Below are positions 49,637 through 60,430 of a stretch of 64,000 bases of DNA, in pieces (the stretch's first letter is position 1; the number at the start of each line of letters is the position of its first letter). The position numbers and the translations under genes are program-made. Source of the DNA: Patescibacteria group bacterium (GTDB taxonomy: Bacteria > Patescibacteriota > Patescibacteriia > JAXHNJ01); NCBI GenBank assembly GCA_034520665.1, contig JAXHNJ010000002.1, positions 544,660 to 608,659 of the forward strand. Direction: 5' to 3'. The notes under the pieces were generated by a model. The model was not told where the DNA came from and did not search any database. It worked only from the letters and a program-made list of their open reading frames with translations.

Positions 49637-49898
49637 ATGTCCGGCCGTTCTTCAGACAAAAAAAACTGATGAAAGTATTAATATAAAAAAATGTCCGGCG
49701 GAAATTCTTCAAGAATAGACCAAGCAAGGCCAGAGATTAAATGGACTAATAGTGAGATTAAGACCTGAAATTTCAGATCTTTTAAAATATTTATTTAAAG
49801 AAAATAAAACCGATAAACTTTCTTCAGAGCTGGTTAAACTTAATGAGATTTTAGATAAGATAAAAAGAATTATGAATTTGGCTAAAGAAACTGATTGA
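49637..49898 (+). pseudogene. Probable decayed small orphan gene
   Basis: Promoter, SD AAGGAGG and terminator present; frame broken by an A-run shift and a TAG. Confidence 0.4.
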
Positions 49899-50026
49899 AA
49901 AAAAATAACTCTTTTAAATCAAAGGCGAGATAAATAATCTTGCCTTTTTTATTTCTAGTAATTATTGACTAAAGTTTAAGTATTTGTTAACTTATTAGGA
50001 AAGCACATTTAAAAAAGGAGAGAGTT

Positions 50027-50284
50027 ATGATTAGAAAAGTAGGAGAAGTTTTTAGGGTCAAAGTAAAAGAAAAAATAACTTTGGTTAAGCGGGAAGGTGA
50101 TGAATTAGGACCTTATATATTAGAACCTGGAGAATATGAATTTAAAAAAATTAAATTACCTAATGGTATTGTTAGAATAGTTTTAGTCCATAAACAGGAA
50201 ATTTTTCTTTCCGAGGATCTCTTTAGATTTTATTATCATCCCAACCATGGACGACTCGGCACCCAAATTGATATTCTTTTCTAA
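50027..50284 (+). CDS. Hypothetical protein
   Basis: SD AAGGAG; own promoter and terminator. Confidence 0.65.
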   Translation: MIRKVGEVFRVKVKEKITLVKREGDELGPYILEPGEYEFKKIKLPNGIVRIVLVHKQEIFLSEDLFRFYYHPNHGRLGTQIDILF

Positions 50285-50339
50285 TTATTATTTCACCCGC
50301 CTTTAAAACTATTAAAGGCGGGTTTTGTTTTAGTCATAT

Positions 50340-50474
50340 ACTTTTGACGGTTTTAATCATTAAATTTAACTAGGTATTGACTGCGCATTTATTATTTAGA
50401 GAGCAGCGTTATAAATGGTTGTAATACCACCTTTTTCTTTATCTAAAAATCGCTATATATACGGGCCTATTATC
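50340..50474. repeat. Degenerate ~135-bp direct repeat, copy 1 (copy 2 at 51776-51920)
   Basis: Shared blocks ACTTTTGAyGGTTTTAATyATTAAATTTAAC, TTATTATTTAGAGAG, TAATACCA. Confidence 0.75.
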
Positions 50475-50792
50475 AAGACTGATTAAGCTTAAGTAAAAAG
50501 AATGATATAATATAAATGATAAACAATTTAATAGAACTAAATTTATGAGCCAAAAAATTGATAAATCAAGAGCTAAAAAATATCTTTCAGGTATATTTAC
50601 TCATAAGGGCGGGAGTGTTGCTAAAGCTAATGAGACTTTATCAAAAATCAAAAGCCGCAAATTAAAATTTATAATAATTTAAAAAAAGAAAATACCATAA
50701 TTTTATCTTTTAATTTTGTCTTAAAAAAATAAAAAGGTTAATTGACGAGATTATTTAAATGGCTACAAAATTAATTAAATCTGTTTAAAAAT

Positions 50793-51734
50793 ATGAAGTC
50801 TAGAAAAAAAATAAACTTTTTTATTGTCGGAGTAGCCAAATCCGGTACTTCATCTATGCACAATTATCTGCAGCAGCATCCTAAAATATTTATGAGTCCG
50901 GTCAAAGAAACCTACTTTTTTAGTAAAGATTTAAGAATAGAAAATTTCAAGGGAAAAATTAAAAAAAATAAAAAAGTAAATAAGAAAAAATATTTTTCAA
51001 ATTCTCTGCTTCCTCAAGTTCAACAGATTTTCATAAAAAATATAGAAGATTACTATCAAATATTCAGAGAAGCTAAAAACGAAAAAATATTAGGAGAATC
51101 ATGCCCCGGCTATTTATACAGTCAGTTAGCGGCCAAAGAGATATATCAATACAACCCTAAAGCCAAAATAATGATAATGTTAAGAGACCCAGTAGAAAGA
51201 GCTTACTCAAATTTTATGATGCAATTGGAAAATGGACTTTTAAAAACAGACTATTTTTTAGAAGAAGTAAAAAAAGATTATAACCAGAATGATAAAGGCT
51301 GGGGTAGAAGTCATTTGTTTATTGAATCCGGTTTATATTATAAACCAGTAAAAAGATACTTAGATCTATTTCCTCAAAACAATGTAAAAATAATTTTATT
51401 TAATGATTTTATAAAAAAAACTAATTTAGTTCTAAGTCAAGTTTGTGATTTTCTAGATATTGAAAAATTTAATTTTATGACAAAGAAGGCTCATATGAAG
51501 TCTCAAAAACCAAAATTTCTCTTTCTTTATAATCAAGTGATAAATCTGGCGCAATCGGCTAATTTACTAAAAATAGTACCTGAAAGTTTAAGAGAAAGAA
51601 TTAAAAAAATGTTTATGAAAGAAAAGCCTAAGTTAACTGAGGAAGAAAGAAAAACACTTCGGCCCTATTTTAAAGAAGATATTTTAAAACTACAAAACTT
51701 AATAGGAAAAGATTTGTCAGACTGGCTCAAATAA
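50793..51734 (+). CDS. PAPS-dependent sulfotransferase
   Basis: FFIVGVAKSGTSS, KETYFF, LRDPVERAYS. Confidence 0.9.
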   Translation: MKSRKKINFFIVGVAKSGTSSMHNYLQQHPKIFMSPVKETYFFSKDLRIENFKGKIKKNKKVNKKKYFSNSLLPQVQQIFIKNIEDYYQIFREAKNEKILGESCPGYLYSQLAAKEIYQYNPKAKIMIMLRDPVERAYSNFMMQLENGLLKTDYFLEEVKKDYNQNDKGWGRSHLFIESGLYYKPVKRYLDLFPQNNVKIILFNDFIKKTNLVLSQVCDFLDIEKFNFMTKKAHMKSQKPKFLFLYNQVINLAQSANLLKIVPESLRERIKKMFMKEKPKLTEEERKTLRPYFKEDILKLQNLIGKDLSDWLK

Positions 51735-52106
51735 GGTGAATAAATTTAAATAACATAAAAATGTTTTAAGTAAGCACTTTTGATGGTTTTAATTATTAAA
51801 TTTAACCAAGGATTAATTAGATATTTTATTATTTAGAGAGTAGGGTAATAAATCATTATAATACCATTCCTCTTTTTATCTAGTTATCTAGAAAACCGCC
51901 ATATGTCTGGGCACATTACCTATTTTATTTGACTTTTTAGCTAATTTATGCTATTATTAGACTAGCAAAACAAAAACAAAAAGACAATTAAATAAAAAAA
52001 ATATTTTTAAGTCAATATTAATGATTAATAATAATATCTTCTATTAACTTAAATAGCCGCTTTTTTAAACTGCGGTTTTTTTATTAACTAAACTAAAAAT
52101 AAATTT

Positions 52107-54824
52107 ATGCCAAAATTTAATACGGAAACAGAAGTAAAAACATCAACTCCTGTTTCCCACAAAATCGCTGTTGGTATCATGATGATTGGAGCTTTATCCG
52201 CCGCTATGGGTATTGTTATGGGTTTGCCAGTTTTTAAAGAAAAGAAAGTGATTGGCGCCCAGGCCTTTAAACCACTTCAATTGACTGACGGAGTACCCAG
52301 CACCAATGAAATTAAGGATTCACGCTACGCCCAGTATCAGTTTTTGCGTGATAGTGTGGTTATGGCAACTTATAATTATTCTAATGACTCGGCTTTTCAA
52401 GAAAACAAAAATTTTAAAATTGGTGACAAAGATTCTCTTAATTCTTTTTTTATCAAAGAAGCATCAGCACAAACTACTTTTTCCATAGAAGATATTACTA
52501 ATGGTTCATTTGAACCAGGAGATACTATTGACTCAAATAGCAAATCACCTTTGCAAGTTAAGATTACCCAGAGCGAAATTGACTCGGCTGAAATTCCCGC
52601 TATTACTTTTAGTTTAGTCACTGATATTGGTAATAAAACCCTTTGTTTACCCAGTAATACTATTAATCAAGGATCCGTAGTCAGTTATTATTTTGATGTG
52701 GACGGTACTCCTTATCTAGACAGTAATCTGAAAAATAAAGCCATGAATAGCACTTGCCAGGTAAATTCTATAGCTTATGATCCAACCACAATTAGTGAAA
52801 TAAATTTTAATGAACCCTACCCAGAAAGCATTGCTGATAGTTTTGCTATTTATTTTATCCGCTACGATCAAAGTATGTTTGCCATGGCTGATAATACTTT
52901 TGTTAAAATGACACCTGATGATGAAATAGATTTTGTGGATGGTGGTAAAGCCCCTTTTACCTTAGGTCCTGGTTACTATGGAGCGCCAGAAGAAATTACC
53001 GTACCAGCCCGAATTTATACAGTTGATTCTAATTTAGGAACACAGACACTTTGTCTTCCAGAACAGACTATTACCGGCGAATGGAATGAGAATGATCAGA
53101 AATATTTAGGCAAAGGTACTCCTTACTACTACGACCAAAACGGCACGCCTTACACAGACGTACTTTTAACTAACATGGCTACTACCAAGCCTTGTCATGA
53201 ATTATTAAAAGATAGTTTAACCCCTTACTATATTAGTGAGGCTTCTCTTAGTGATACTATAGATGAATATAGTAATATTAAATTTAAAAGAGATAACACT
53301 GAATTAGGAGTACTTTACATTAACAATAATCAATATTCTCGTAATTTTGATGATTCTCTAAATCCAGAAAGTAAATCACCTCTCTTACTGGCGATGGAAA
53401 CCGCTAACTTGAGTGAAGACGTTACTTTTCCAGCCAGAACTATTACTTTAAAGAACGCTAATTACGATGAGACTGAATACACTAACACTCTTTGCTTTCC
53501 GGAAACCACTACCTCTAACGGAGAGACCATTAAGTACTACTACGACCAAAACGGCACGCCTTACACAGACGTACTTTTAACTAACATGGCTACCACTAAG
53601 CCTTGTCATGAATTATTAAAAGATAGTTTAACCCCTTACTATATTAGTGAGGCTTCTCTTAGTGATACTATAGATGAATATAGTAATATTAAATTTAAAA
53701 GAGATAACACTGAATTAGGAGTACTTTACATTAACAATAATCAATATTCTCGTAATTTTGATGATTCTCTAAATCCAGAAAGTAAATCACCTCTCTTACT
53801 GGCGATGGAAACCGCTAACTTGAGTGAAGACGTTACTTTTCCAGCCAGAACTATTACTTTAAAGAACGCTAATTACGATGAGACTGAATACACTAACACT
53901 CTTTGCTTTCCGGAAACCACTACCTCTAACGGAGAGACCATTAAGTACTACTACGACCAAAACGGCACGCCTTACACAGACGTACTTTTAACTAACATGG
54001 CTACTACCAAGCCTTGTCATGAATTACTGGCTAATGTTTTTAAACCTGAAGGAATTAATGAGGCCAGATTGGATGAAATTGTTTCTACGCCGACTAAAAT
54101 TAAGTTTATCAGAGAAAATACGGTATTAAATTATTTATGGTCACACCAAGATCCCAGTTTCCAAGATCCCGATTTTGAAGATTTAGAAACAGTATCCGGA
54201 GGTAGTTCTCCGCTTATGTTAAAACTTTCTTCTTTATTAGCTCAAACTTTTCCTGAGAGATTAGTTCAAATTAAAGCCCTTGAAAATAATAAAGAATATA
54301 CAAAAACGCTATGCATACCAGAAACAGAAATCACGGAAAATGGTACAAAAGAATATTTCTATGATAATAATGGAAGCCTCTATGCTTATACTGACGCCCT
54401 ACTAACCAATCGGATCATTTGTGATACCTGTATACATAATCCACCGGAAGTAAGCATTTCCCCTTTAACGAAATCGGGTTACGCTGGAGATAGTTTCAGT
54501 TACAGTATTAGTGTAACCAATCCAAATAATCCAGAAATTTGCCCCCGTTCAGAAATATATACTTTTTATTTGCAAGAGCCGGCTGGTTGGGAAGCTAATT
54601 ATGATTTAGACACTTTATATGATCCACCGGCTTTGAGAGTTGAACCGGGAGAAACAAAAGAAATATCAATGACTTTAATTAGTCCTGACAATATTTCATC
54701 TGGAGATTATGAAGTTCGTGTAAACTTAACCAACTGGGTTGCTATTAGTGGATCTGGTTATGCTGAGGTTACTATTTCGCCGACTCCAAAGAATTCTGAT
54801 GACAAGGAAATTATGGTAGAATGA
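52107..54824 (+). CDS. Large surface protein with 137-aa internal repeats and a C-terminal Ig-like domain
   Basis: N-terminal TM; repeated TLC.P...YY.D.NGTPY.D..L modules. Confidence 0.85.
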   Translation: MPKFNTETEVKTSTPVSHKIAVGIMMIGALSAAMGIVMGLPVFKEKKVIGAQAFKPLQLTDGVPSTNEIKDSRYAQYQFLRDSVVMATYNYSNDSAFQENKNFKIGDKDSLNSFFIKEASAQTTFSIEDITNGSFEPGDTIDSNSKSPLQVKITQSEIDSAEIPAITFSLVTDIGNKTLCLPSNTINQGSVVSYYFDVDGTPYLDSNLKNKAMNSTCQVNSIAYDPTTISEINFNEPYPESIADSFAIYFIRYDQSMFAMADNTFVKMTPDDEIDFVDGGKAPFTLGPGYYGAPEEITVPARIYTVDSNLGTQTLCLPEQTITGEWNENDQKYLGKGTPYYYDQNGTPYTDVLLTNMATTKPCHELLKDSLTPYYISEASLSDTIDEYSNIKFKRDNTELGVLYINNNQYSRNFDDSLNPESKSPLLLAMETANLSEDVTFPARTITLKNANYDETEYTNTLCFPETTTSNGETIKYYYDQNGTPYTDVLLTNMATTKPCHELLKDSLTPYYISEASLSDTIDEYSNIKFKRDNTELGVLYINNNQYSRNFDDSLNPESKSPLLLAMETANLSEDVTFPARTITLKNANYDETEYTNTLCFPETTTSNGETIKYYYDQNGTPYTDVLLTNMATTKPCHELLANVFKPEGINEARLDEIVSTPTKIKFIRENTVLNYLWSHQDPSFQDPDFEDLETVSGGSSPLMLKLSSLLAQTFPERLVQIKALENNKEYTKTLCIPETEITENGTKEYFYDNNGSLYAYTDALLTNRIICDTCIHNPPEVSISPLTKSGYAGDSFSYSISVTNPNNPEICPRSEIYTFYLQEPAGWEANYDLDTLYDPPALRVEPGETKEISMTLISPDNISSGDYEVRVNLTNWVAISGSGYAEVTISPTPKNSDDKEIMVE
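53124..54026 (+). repeat. 411-bp tandem repeat, about 2.2 copies, near-identical
   Basis: TACTACTACGACCAAAAC starts at 53124, 53535 and 53946. Confidence 0.95.
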
Positions 54825-54954
54825 TAAAATTAATTTCACCCTTGACAAAAATAAATTAATAAGCTAGACTGGGGCTATTAATTAGTAAGTATCCCAATAA
54901 TTGATTTGAAAAAAATTTAACTTTAGCGGGGTACATAAGAAAGTTCATCAAATT

Positions 54955-55134
54955 ATGAACGATCAACAAGGCTTTGGGCAAAGACAAATGCACCAGGGCA
55001 AATGGACCTGCTCAGAATGCGGAACCGAGATTACCGAGCTTCCTTTTGAGCCGGATGGTCAACGCCCGATTTATTGTCGGCAATGCCATCAGAAACGTCG
55101 CCAAAATAGAGGCGGCGGACGCGGACAGTTTTAA
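54955..55134 (+). CDS. CxxC-x17-CxxC domain small Zn-binding protein
   Basis: Hand-translated ...WTCSECGTEITELPFEPDGQRPIYCRQCH...; promoter TTGACA-17-TAGACT; terminator at 55175-55208. Confidence 0.88.
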   Translation: MNDQQGFGQRQMHQGKWTCSECGTEITELPFEPDGQRPIYCRQCHQKRRQNRGGGRGQF

Positions 55135-55220
55135 GAAAGTGATTTTTTAAACGTCAAATATAAGTCCAAAAGTAAAAAACTCCTTTAGTAATTTAAGGGA
55201 GTTTTTTTGTATTAAAATTA

Positions 55221-56420
55221 TTAAGGTTTTTGAAGAGGAGGCATTTTTTTATGGAGATACTGATCTCGAGGGGCTTTAAGCTGCCAAACAACTATCAGGC
55301 TTAAGAAAAGAATTATAGAAAGAATAATAAAAATGTATTCAATTATTAGAAGATTTAATACAATAATACCAATAAGAGAACCAAAAAGAAATCCCAAAGG
55401 CTTCAGATTGCGGAAAAAATTTATATAATCAATGTCTTCGACATCTACACATTTGAAAAAGTAAGACTCTCTCATTGACTGGACCAAAGCCGCTCCGCTG
55501 CGGCTTAGAAAAAGTATTAAAGCCCATATTATAGGATTAGCCTGACCGGTAAAAAAGAAAAGTAAAGTTGAAACAGAAAGAATTAAAAATCCGAAAAAAA
55601 TCATTTTTCTTTCTCCTTGCCGGCGATCGGCAAAAATACCGGCTGGTATCTGAAATATAACAAAGGGTAAAAGCATAAAAGTAAAGATGGCGCCAATAAC
55701 AGTCCAGCTATAGCCCAGATTTTGTGAAAGATATAGGGGCATATAAATAGTGACCACAGAAAAGAAAATTTCTAATACAAAAGAAATAAAAAATATGTCT
55801 TTAAGCCGGCTGTTTTTTAAAATTGTCTTTAGAGTTTTTAATGAATGATGGTGATCGTAATGTACCTTTCTGGTGAAGAGAACTTTTTTTTGAGAAAAAA
55901 TGATAATAAACATAGCCATCAGAAAGAAAATAGTGATTTTATAAATTAAACGGTAATTATCAGAGCCCATAATATAACCGACAATTATTGGCGAAATAAC
56001 CCAGGCTGAATCAAGTATAGTAAAATAAATACTGCGTACCCGACCTGTATTTCTATTAGAAGTAAAACGTTCAAGAAATATGTCTAAGCTGGTGGTTAAA
56101 AGACAGACACAGGCATAAATAACAGTAAAGGAAATAAAAGCTACGATTTTAGATTGAGTGTTGATAAGTATAAATATTGAACCAATTTCTATTATTAGAA
56201 TAACTAGAGAAAAAACAAAATTAGTGAAACGTTTTATTATTAACGGCACTAAATTCATCAAAAGCAAAGTTAGACCGGCGCCGGCCATAAAGAAAAAGCC
56301 GACATTTTCGGCTTTAGCAAATTCTTCCAAAAAAGAGGATCTAATATAAGCGGGAAAAGCAGCTGAAAGGGCTAGGAAGAAAACTAAAAAATATATAATT
56401 TTTTTATTTTTGTTTTTCAT
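55221..56420 (-). CDS. MFS transporter
   Basis: About 12 TMs; G.FADRR.GER motif. Confidence 0.88.
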   Translation of the reverse strand: MKNKNKKIIYFLVFFLALSAAFPAYIRSSFLEEFAKAENVGFFFMAGAGLTLLLMNLVPLIIKRFTNFVFSLVILIIEIGSIFILINTQSKIVAFISFTVIYACVCLLTTSLDIFLERFTSNRNTGRVRSIYFTILDSAWVISPIIVGYIMGSDNYRLIYKITIFFLMAMFIIIFSQKKVLFTRKVHYDHHHSLKTLKTILKNSRLKDIFFISFVLEIFFSVVTIYMPLYLSQNLGYSWTVIGAIFTFMLLPFVIFQIPAGIFADRRQGERKMIFFGFLILSVSTLLFFFTGQANPIIWALILFLSRSGAALVQSMRESYFFKCVDVEDIDYINFFRNLKPLGFLFGSLIGIIVLNLLIIEYIFIILSIILFLSLIVVWQLKAPRDQYLHKKMPPLQKP

Positions 56421-56434
56421 TTATCAAAAATGTT

Positions 56435-57079
56435 TTATGGGGTGATGGTATAAGTATTAACGGTTACACTTTGCATTTTATCATCAAAATTATTGGGATC
56501 TTTTTCATAGACATACCAAGTGTAAGGAGAAGTATTTTCATTTATCTGGTTGGCTTGGGCCCCAGTTATTTTCATAGTGTAATAATATTTTTTTGTATTT
56601 AAACCTTTTTCTAAAGCTTTTTGGTATATTTCAGTAGAAGAATTTTTTTCCTTTAAGGCGTTTAAATTTATAATCTGACTTTCAAGTTTTGTCGAAAGAG
56701 AATCTCCTTCTCCATAAGATTCTCCCAGCGATATTTTTCCAGAAGTCCAGTCAGACATAACTACTTGATTTTTTGAAGGTGAATAAAGACGAGCTATCCA
56801 ACTTATAAATTTACCCTCTTTATAACCATTAAAAATTCTCTGATTATTGACATAGATAGAATTAACATCACTAGTAAGCTGATGAATTTCGGCGTCTTTA
56901 GACCATTCTTCTTTAGCTTTTTCCAGAATTTCTTTAACAGCTTTTTGACTGCTGGCCAACTCATTATCTTCAGATGTTTTTGTAGAAGTAGTATTAGTGC
57001 AACCAGGGAGTATTAAAAGGCAGAAAATAAGCAAAAAAGCGCTGATTATTAGGCTGGAATATTTTTTCTTGCTAGTCAT
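56435..57079 (-). CDS. Putative lipoprotein
   Basis: Lipobox ILPGC after a hydrophobic stretch. Confidence 0.7.
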   Translation of the reverse strand: MTSKKKYSSLIISAFLLIFCLLILPGCTNTTSTKTSEDNELASSQKAVKEILEKAKEEWSKDAEIHQLTSDVNSIYVNNQRIFNGYKEGKFISWIARLYSPSKNQVVMSDWTSGKISLGESYGEGDSLSTKLESQIINLNALKEKNSSTEIYQKALEKGLNTKKYYYTMKITGAQANQINENTSPYTWYVYEKDPNNFDDKMQSVTVNTYTITP

Positions 57080-57546
57080 ATATTTAATATTATTTATTAT
57101 TCTTTACCTTTTATATAATAACATATTTTAAAATATTAAAAAAGATGTAGCCTAGTTAATACCTGTCGCTAACATTTGGTATAATCAAGGGTAATAGGTG
57201 TTAACTATTAAATAGAAAGTAGAAAGGTCTCCTATGTTAGTTAAATATTTCAAAGAATTAAGATTTAAGGAGTATTTATGGGCAGAAAAGCATGATTTAA
57301 AGATATTTGTCAGTTGTTTGGTATTTCAAAAAAAAGTCTATTATTATTGGTGTTTCCCTAAATCATGAAAAAACTATCTTAATAGCGTTTTTCTAAACCA
57401 TATTCTAATATTAAATTAACTCCTAAAGTTAAAATTTATTGAGCCGGAAAAACTAAAAACTAATTATGGTTTTTTAAAAATAAAAATAAATAGTAAATAA
57501 AAGACGGGGATATATCATCATTAGATATTGACTATATAATTCCTTG

Positions 57547-57903
57547 CTATTTATATTTTTTTTGACAACTGATCGCATAAAAAAGAATACCAATTATAAC
57601 AAAAGGAAATCCAGAAATTAAAACCGCAAAAAGATGATTATGTCCGGCCATAAAATAAGCAAAAATAGAATGAATTATACCACCACTAATAAGAATAATA
57701 CTACCAAGCTTTTCTTTTCGCCAAGCAACCATAAAACCAATAGTGGTGATAATTACTAATAAGTTAATAATTAATGATTCGCCGGTGAAACTTTCAAAAT
57801 CAGAGAAAGCATAGCCTAGAGATATTATCAACCAGAAAAGAACTATAATTAAGCCAAGAGTACGGGCTAGCCAACGAATTATTTTAATACTTTTATTATT
57901 CAT
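57547..57903 (-). CDS. Small 4-TM membrane protein
   Basis: RWLAR, AWRKEKLG motifs. Confidence 0.75.
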   Translation of the reverse strand: MNNKSIKIIRWLARTLGLIIVLFWLIISLGYAFSDFESFTGESLIINLLVIITTIGFMVAWRKEKLGSIILISGGIIHSIFAYFMAGHNHLFAVLISGFPFVIIGILFYAISCQKKYK

Positions 57904-58048
57904 ATATTTAGTATAGCAGAAATAAATTTAAAATGGTAAATAATAGTATAAATCTTATTCAGTACCGAGATTATTTTTGATAAAAAATAATAATATAATA
58001 AAAAATAACTTAATTATTAATTAGGTTGCTTTTTTATTTATTAAATAT

Positions 58049-59332
58049 TTATTCGTATCTCAAAGCGTCAATCGGATCGAGCCGGGAAGCGCGAATAGCC
58101 GGAGCCACGCCAAAGAAAATACCGACCAAAGCAGTAAAAGCATAGGCCAAAAGGACTGATTGTAAATTAATCTCTGGGGATAGACCGAATTGGACCTCCA
58201 TAATGCCAGCGCCCAAGAAAGCCAGACCGACTCCAATAGTACCGCCCAAAAAAGTTAGAAACATGGCTTCGACCAAGAATTGGACTAGAATATCACTGCC
58301 GGAAGCACCAATCGCTTTACGTAGTCCTATTTCCCGGGTTCTTTCGGTCACTGAAACCAACATAATATTCATGACGCCAATACCGCCAACCAAAAGCGAA
58401 ATAGCGGCAATACCCCCCAGCATGGCAGTAATCACTCCCAAGACCTGGTCAAACATATCCAAAATTTCTTCCTGAGTGGTAATCGAAAAATCTTCCACTC
58501 CTTCATGAGCTTGCAGTAAGGACTGGCGGATATCTTCTTTGATCGTGTCAACATTGTCCACGTTTTTTACGATCACTACTATCTGGGTAATATTAATGGA
58601 AGCGCTAATTTTTTCCACGGCGGTCATCGGTATAAAAATCATATTAGTCATGTTAGAGTTTCCAAAAAGATCTTCTGATTCAACTGACTCTTGAGCGCCG
58701 ATTATTTCAAAGCTCTCTTTGCCAATGTAAATAGTTTGGCCAATAATATCTTGGACTGATTTGTCTGGGAAAAGATTTTCGGTGGCTCCTGATTGGAGAG
58801 TAGCCACTGATGAGGAGTCATCATATTCTTGCTGGTTAAACATTCGGCCAGCGTGTTCGCCGGTGGCCATCTCTGAATTTTCAAAGGCCTTTTCCAAATC
58901 AGCGGTAGTACCAACAGCAATAACCCGATCTCTGGATTGTTCAATTAAGTTTTGTTCAGAACCGGTGTTAGCTGAGTATTGATTGGCCGGCACTGTTGGT
59001 GGAGTACTGGAAATTGGCAAAGGCACCACTACCATCGGTACCGTGTATTGAATACCTTCAACCTTTTTTATAACTTCTAAGTCTTCTTCAGAAAAAGTGC
59101 CGGAGCTTGACAAGGGCCCGCCGCCAATAGAGCCAGGCATTACCATAAGAAGATTTGAACCTAGGTCTTCTATTTGTCCGGTGACTTCGCTTTTGACTCC
59201 CTGACCGATGCCGATTAGCAAAACAATGGAAAAAACACCAATAATGACCCCGAGCATAGTCAAAAATGAACGGGTCTTTTTGGCCCAAATAGCCTTGATA
59301 GCCAATTTAATATTTTCTAAAAATTTATACAT
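58049..59332 (-). CDS. MacB/FtsX-like ABC transporter permease
   Basis: RSFLTMLGVIIG, GGIGVMNIMLVSVTERTREIGLRKAIGA. Confidence 0.95.
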   Translation of the reverse strand: MYKFLENIKLAIKAIWAKKTRSFLTMLGVIIGVFSIVLLIGIGQGVKSEVTGQIEDLGSNLLMVMPGSIGGGPLSSSGTFSEEDLEVIKKVEGIQYTVPMVVVPLPISSTPPTVPANQYSANTGSEQNLIEQSRDRVIAVGTTADLEKAFENSEMATGEHAGRMFNQQEYDDSSSVATLQSGATENLFPDKSVQDIIGQTIYIGKESFEIIGAQESVESEDLFGNSNMTNMIFIPMTAVEKISASINITQIVVIVKNVDNVDTIKEDIRQSLLQAHEGVEDFSITTQEEILDMFDQVLGVITAMLGGIAAISLLVGGIGVMNIMLVSVTERTREIGLRKAIGASGSDILVQFLVEAMFLTFLGGTIGVGLAFLGAGIMEVQFGLSPEINLQSVLLAYAFTALVGIFFGVAPAIRASRLDPIDALRYE

Positions 59333-59339
59333 ATATTTA

Positions 59340-60008
59340 TTAGACTATCTGTCCGTCTTTTATTTTAATTATTTTTTGAGCTTGACTAGCAATTTCTTTA
59401 TCATGAGTAACAATTAAAATGGTAGTGCCCTGCTGGTTTAGTTCTTCTAGAATATTCATTATTTGCTGGCCGCTTTTTGAGTCCAAATTACCGGTGGGCT
59501 CATCAGCTAAAATAATAGCCGGATCATTAACTAGAGCGCGGGCAATAGCCACTCGCTGCAGTTCCCCGCCGGATAGCATGTTTGGCTTATGCCTAACCTT
59601 GTCGCCCAAACCGACTTTTTCCATCATTTTTTTAGCCTTAGCTCTTCTTTCCTGGGGTCTGATGCCACGATAAACCAAAGGCAGTTCTACGTTGCTAACA
59701 GCTGGCATGCGGGGAAGGATATTAAAGTTTTGAAAAATAAAACCGATTTTATTACGCCGTATTTTTACTAATTGAGCCTTGCCCAAATTTTCTATTTCCT
59801 TTTCTTCAAATTTATAAACTCCCGAAGTAGGCTTGTCCAGACAGCCGATAATATTCATCAAAGTGGATTTACCAGAACCGGAAACACCCATCACCGCCAG
59901 CATTTCGCCTTTGGCCACTTTTAAAGAAACCCCGTTTAAAGCGGCAAATTGATTGGATTTTCTTTCAAAATATAATTTTTTGATGTTTTCTAGTTCTATT
60001 AAAGACAT
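59340..60008 (-). CDS. ABC transporter ATP-binding protein
   Basis: [28 protein letters not shown]. Confidence 0.95.
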   Translation of the reverse strand: MSLIELENIKKLYFERKSNQFAALNGVSLKVAKGEMLAVMGVSGSGKSTLMNIIGCLDKPTSGVYKFEEKEIENLGKAQLVKIRRNKIGFIFQNFNILPRMPAVSNVELPLVYRGIRPQERRAKAKKMMEKVGLGDKVRHKPNMLSGGELQRVAIARALVNDPAIILADEPTGNLDSKSGQQIMNILEELNQQGTTILIVTHDKEIASQAQKIIKIKDGQIV

Positions 60009-60079
60009 TTTTTTTATCTATTATTTGAATATTATAACACAAGATTACCGATAATAACAAATTAATAGTTCTATCTAGA

Positions 60080-60270
60080 TTAGCTAAAAAACATCTCTTT
60101 CTTTTGAGATGTTTTTAATAATAATTTATAGATTAATTTAAATTTTTCTAAATCCTTATTTGATTTTATAATTATTATTTTTTTATTATTGTATTTTTCG
60201 AATAATTTTAATACATTTGTTTTTCTTGTTTTCGGATAATCCCAAAGAATCCATTTAATCATTTGAAAAT
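60080..60270 (-). pseudogene. 3' remnant of a FlaR / topology-modulation (adenylate kinase-like) gene
   Basis: DFQMIKWILWDYPKTRK...IIIIKSNKDLEKF resembles that family's C-terminus; no P-loop. Confidence 0.5.
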
Positions 60271-60378
60271 CTATTTTTTTCTTTTTTTAGCCTTAGCCTC
60301 CAGCATCTTTCTTTTAATCTCCAGCTTTTTTTGTTTTGTGGGATTTAGATTTTTGGCGTCGGCCAACAGGGTGGGCTC
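60271..60378 (-). pseudogene. Startless, frameshifted copy of the 40-aa basic protein gene
   Basis: Near-identical to 61716-61825. Confidence 0.85.
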
Positions 60379-60430
60379 AGTTCTTATTTAATTGTTTATT
60401 ATATAATTAATCGCTAATATATTTTAATAA

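Noticed and set aside
53124-54026. Diversity-generating retroelement TR/VR pair
   Set aside because: In-frame tandem repeats; the differences are synonymous C/T rather than adenine-specific; no reverse transcriptase
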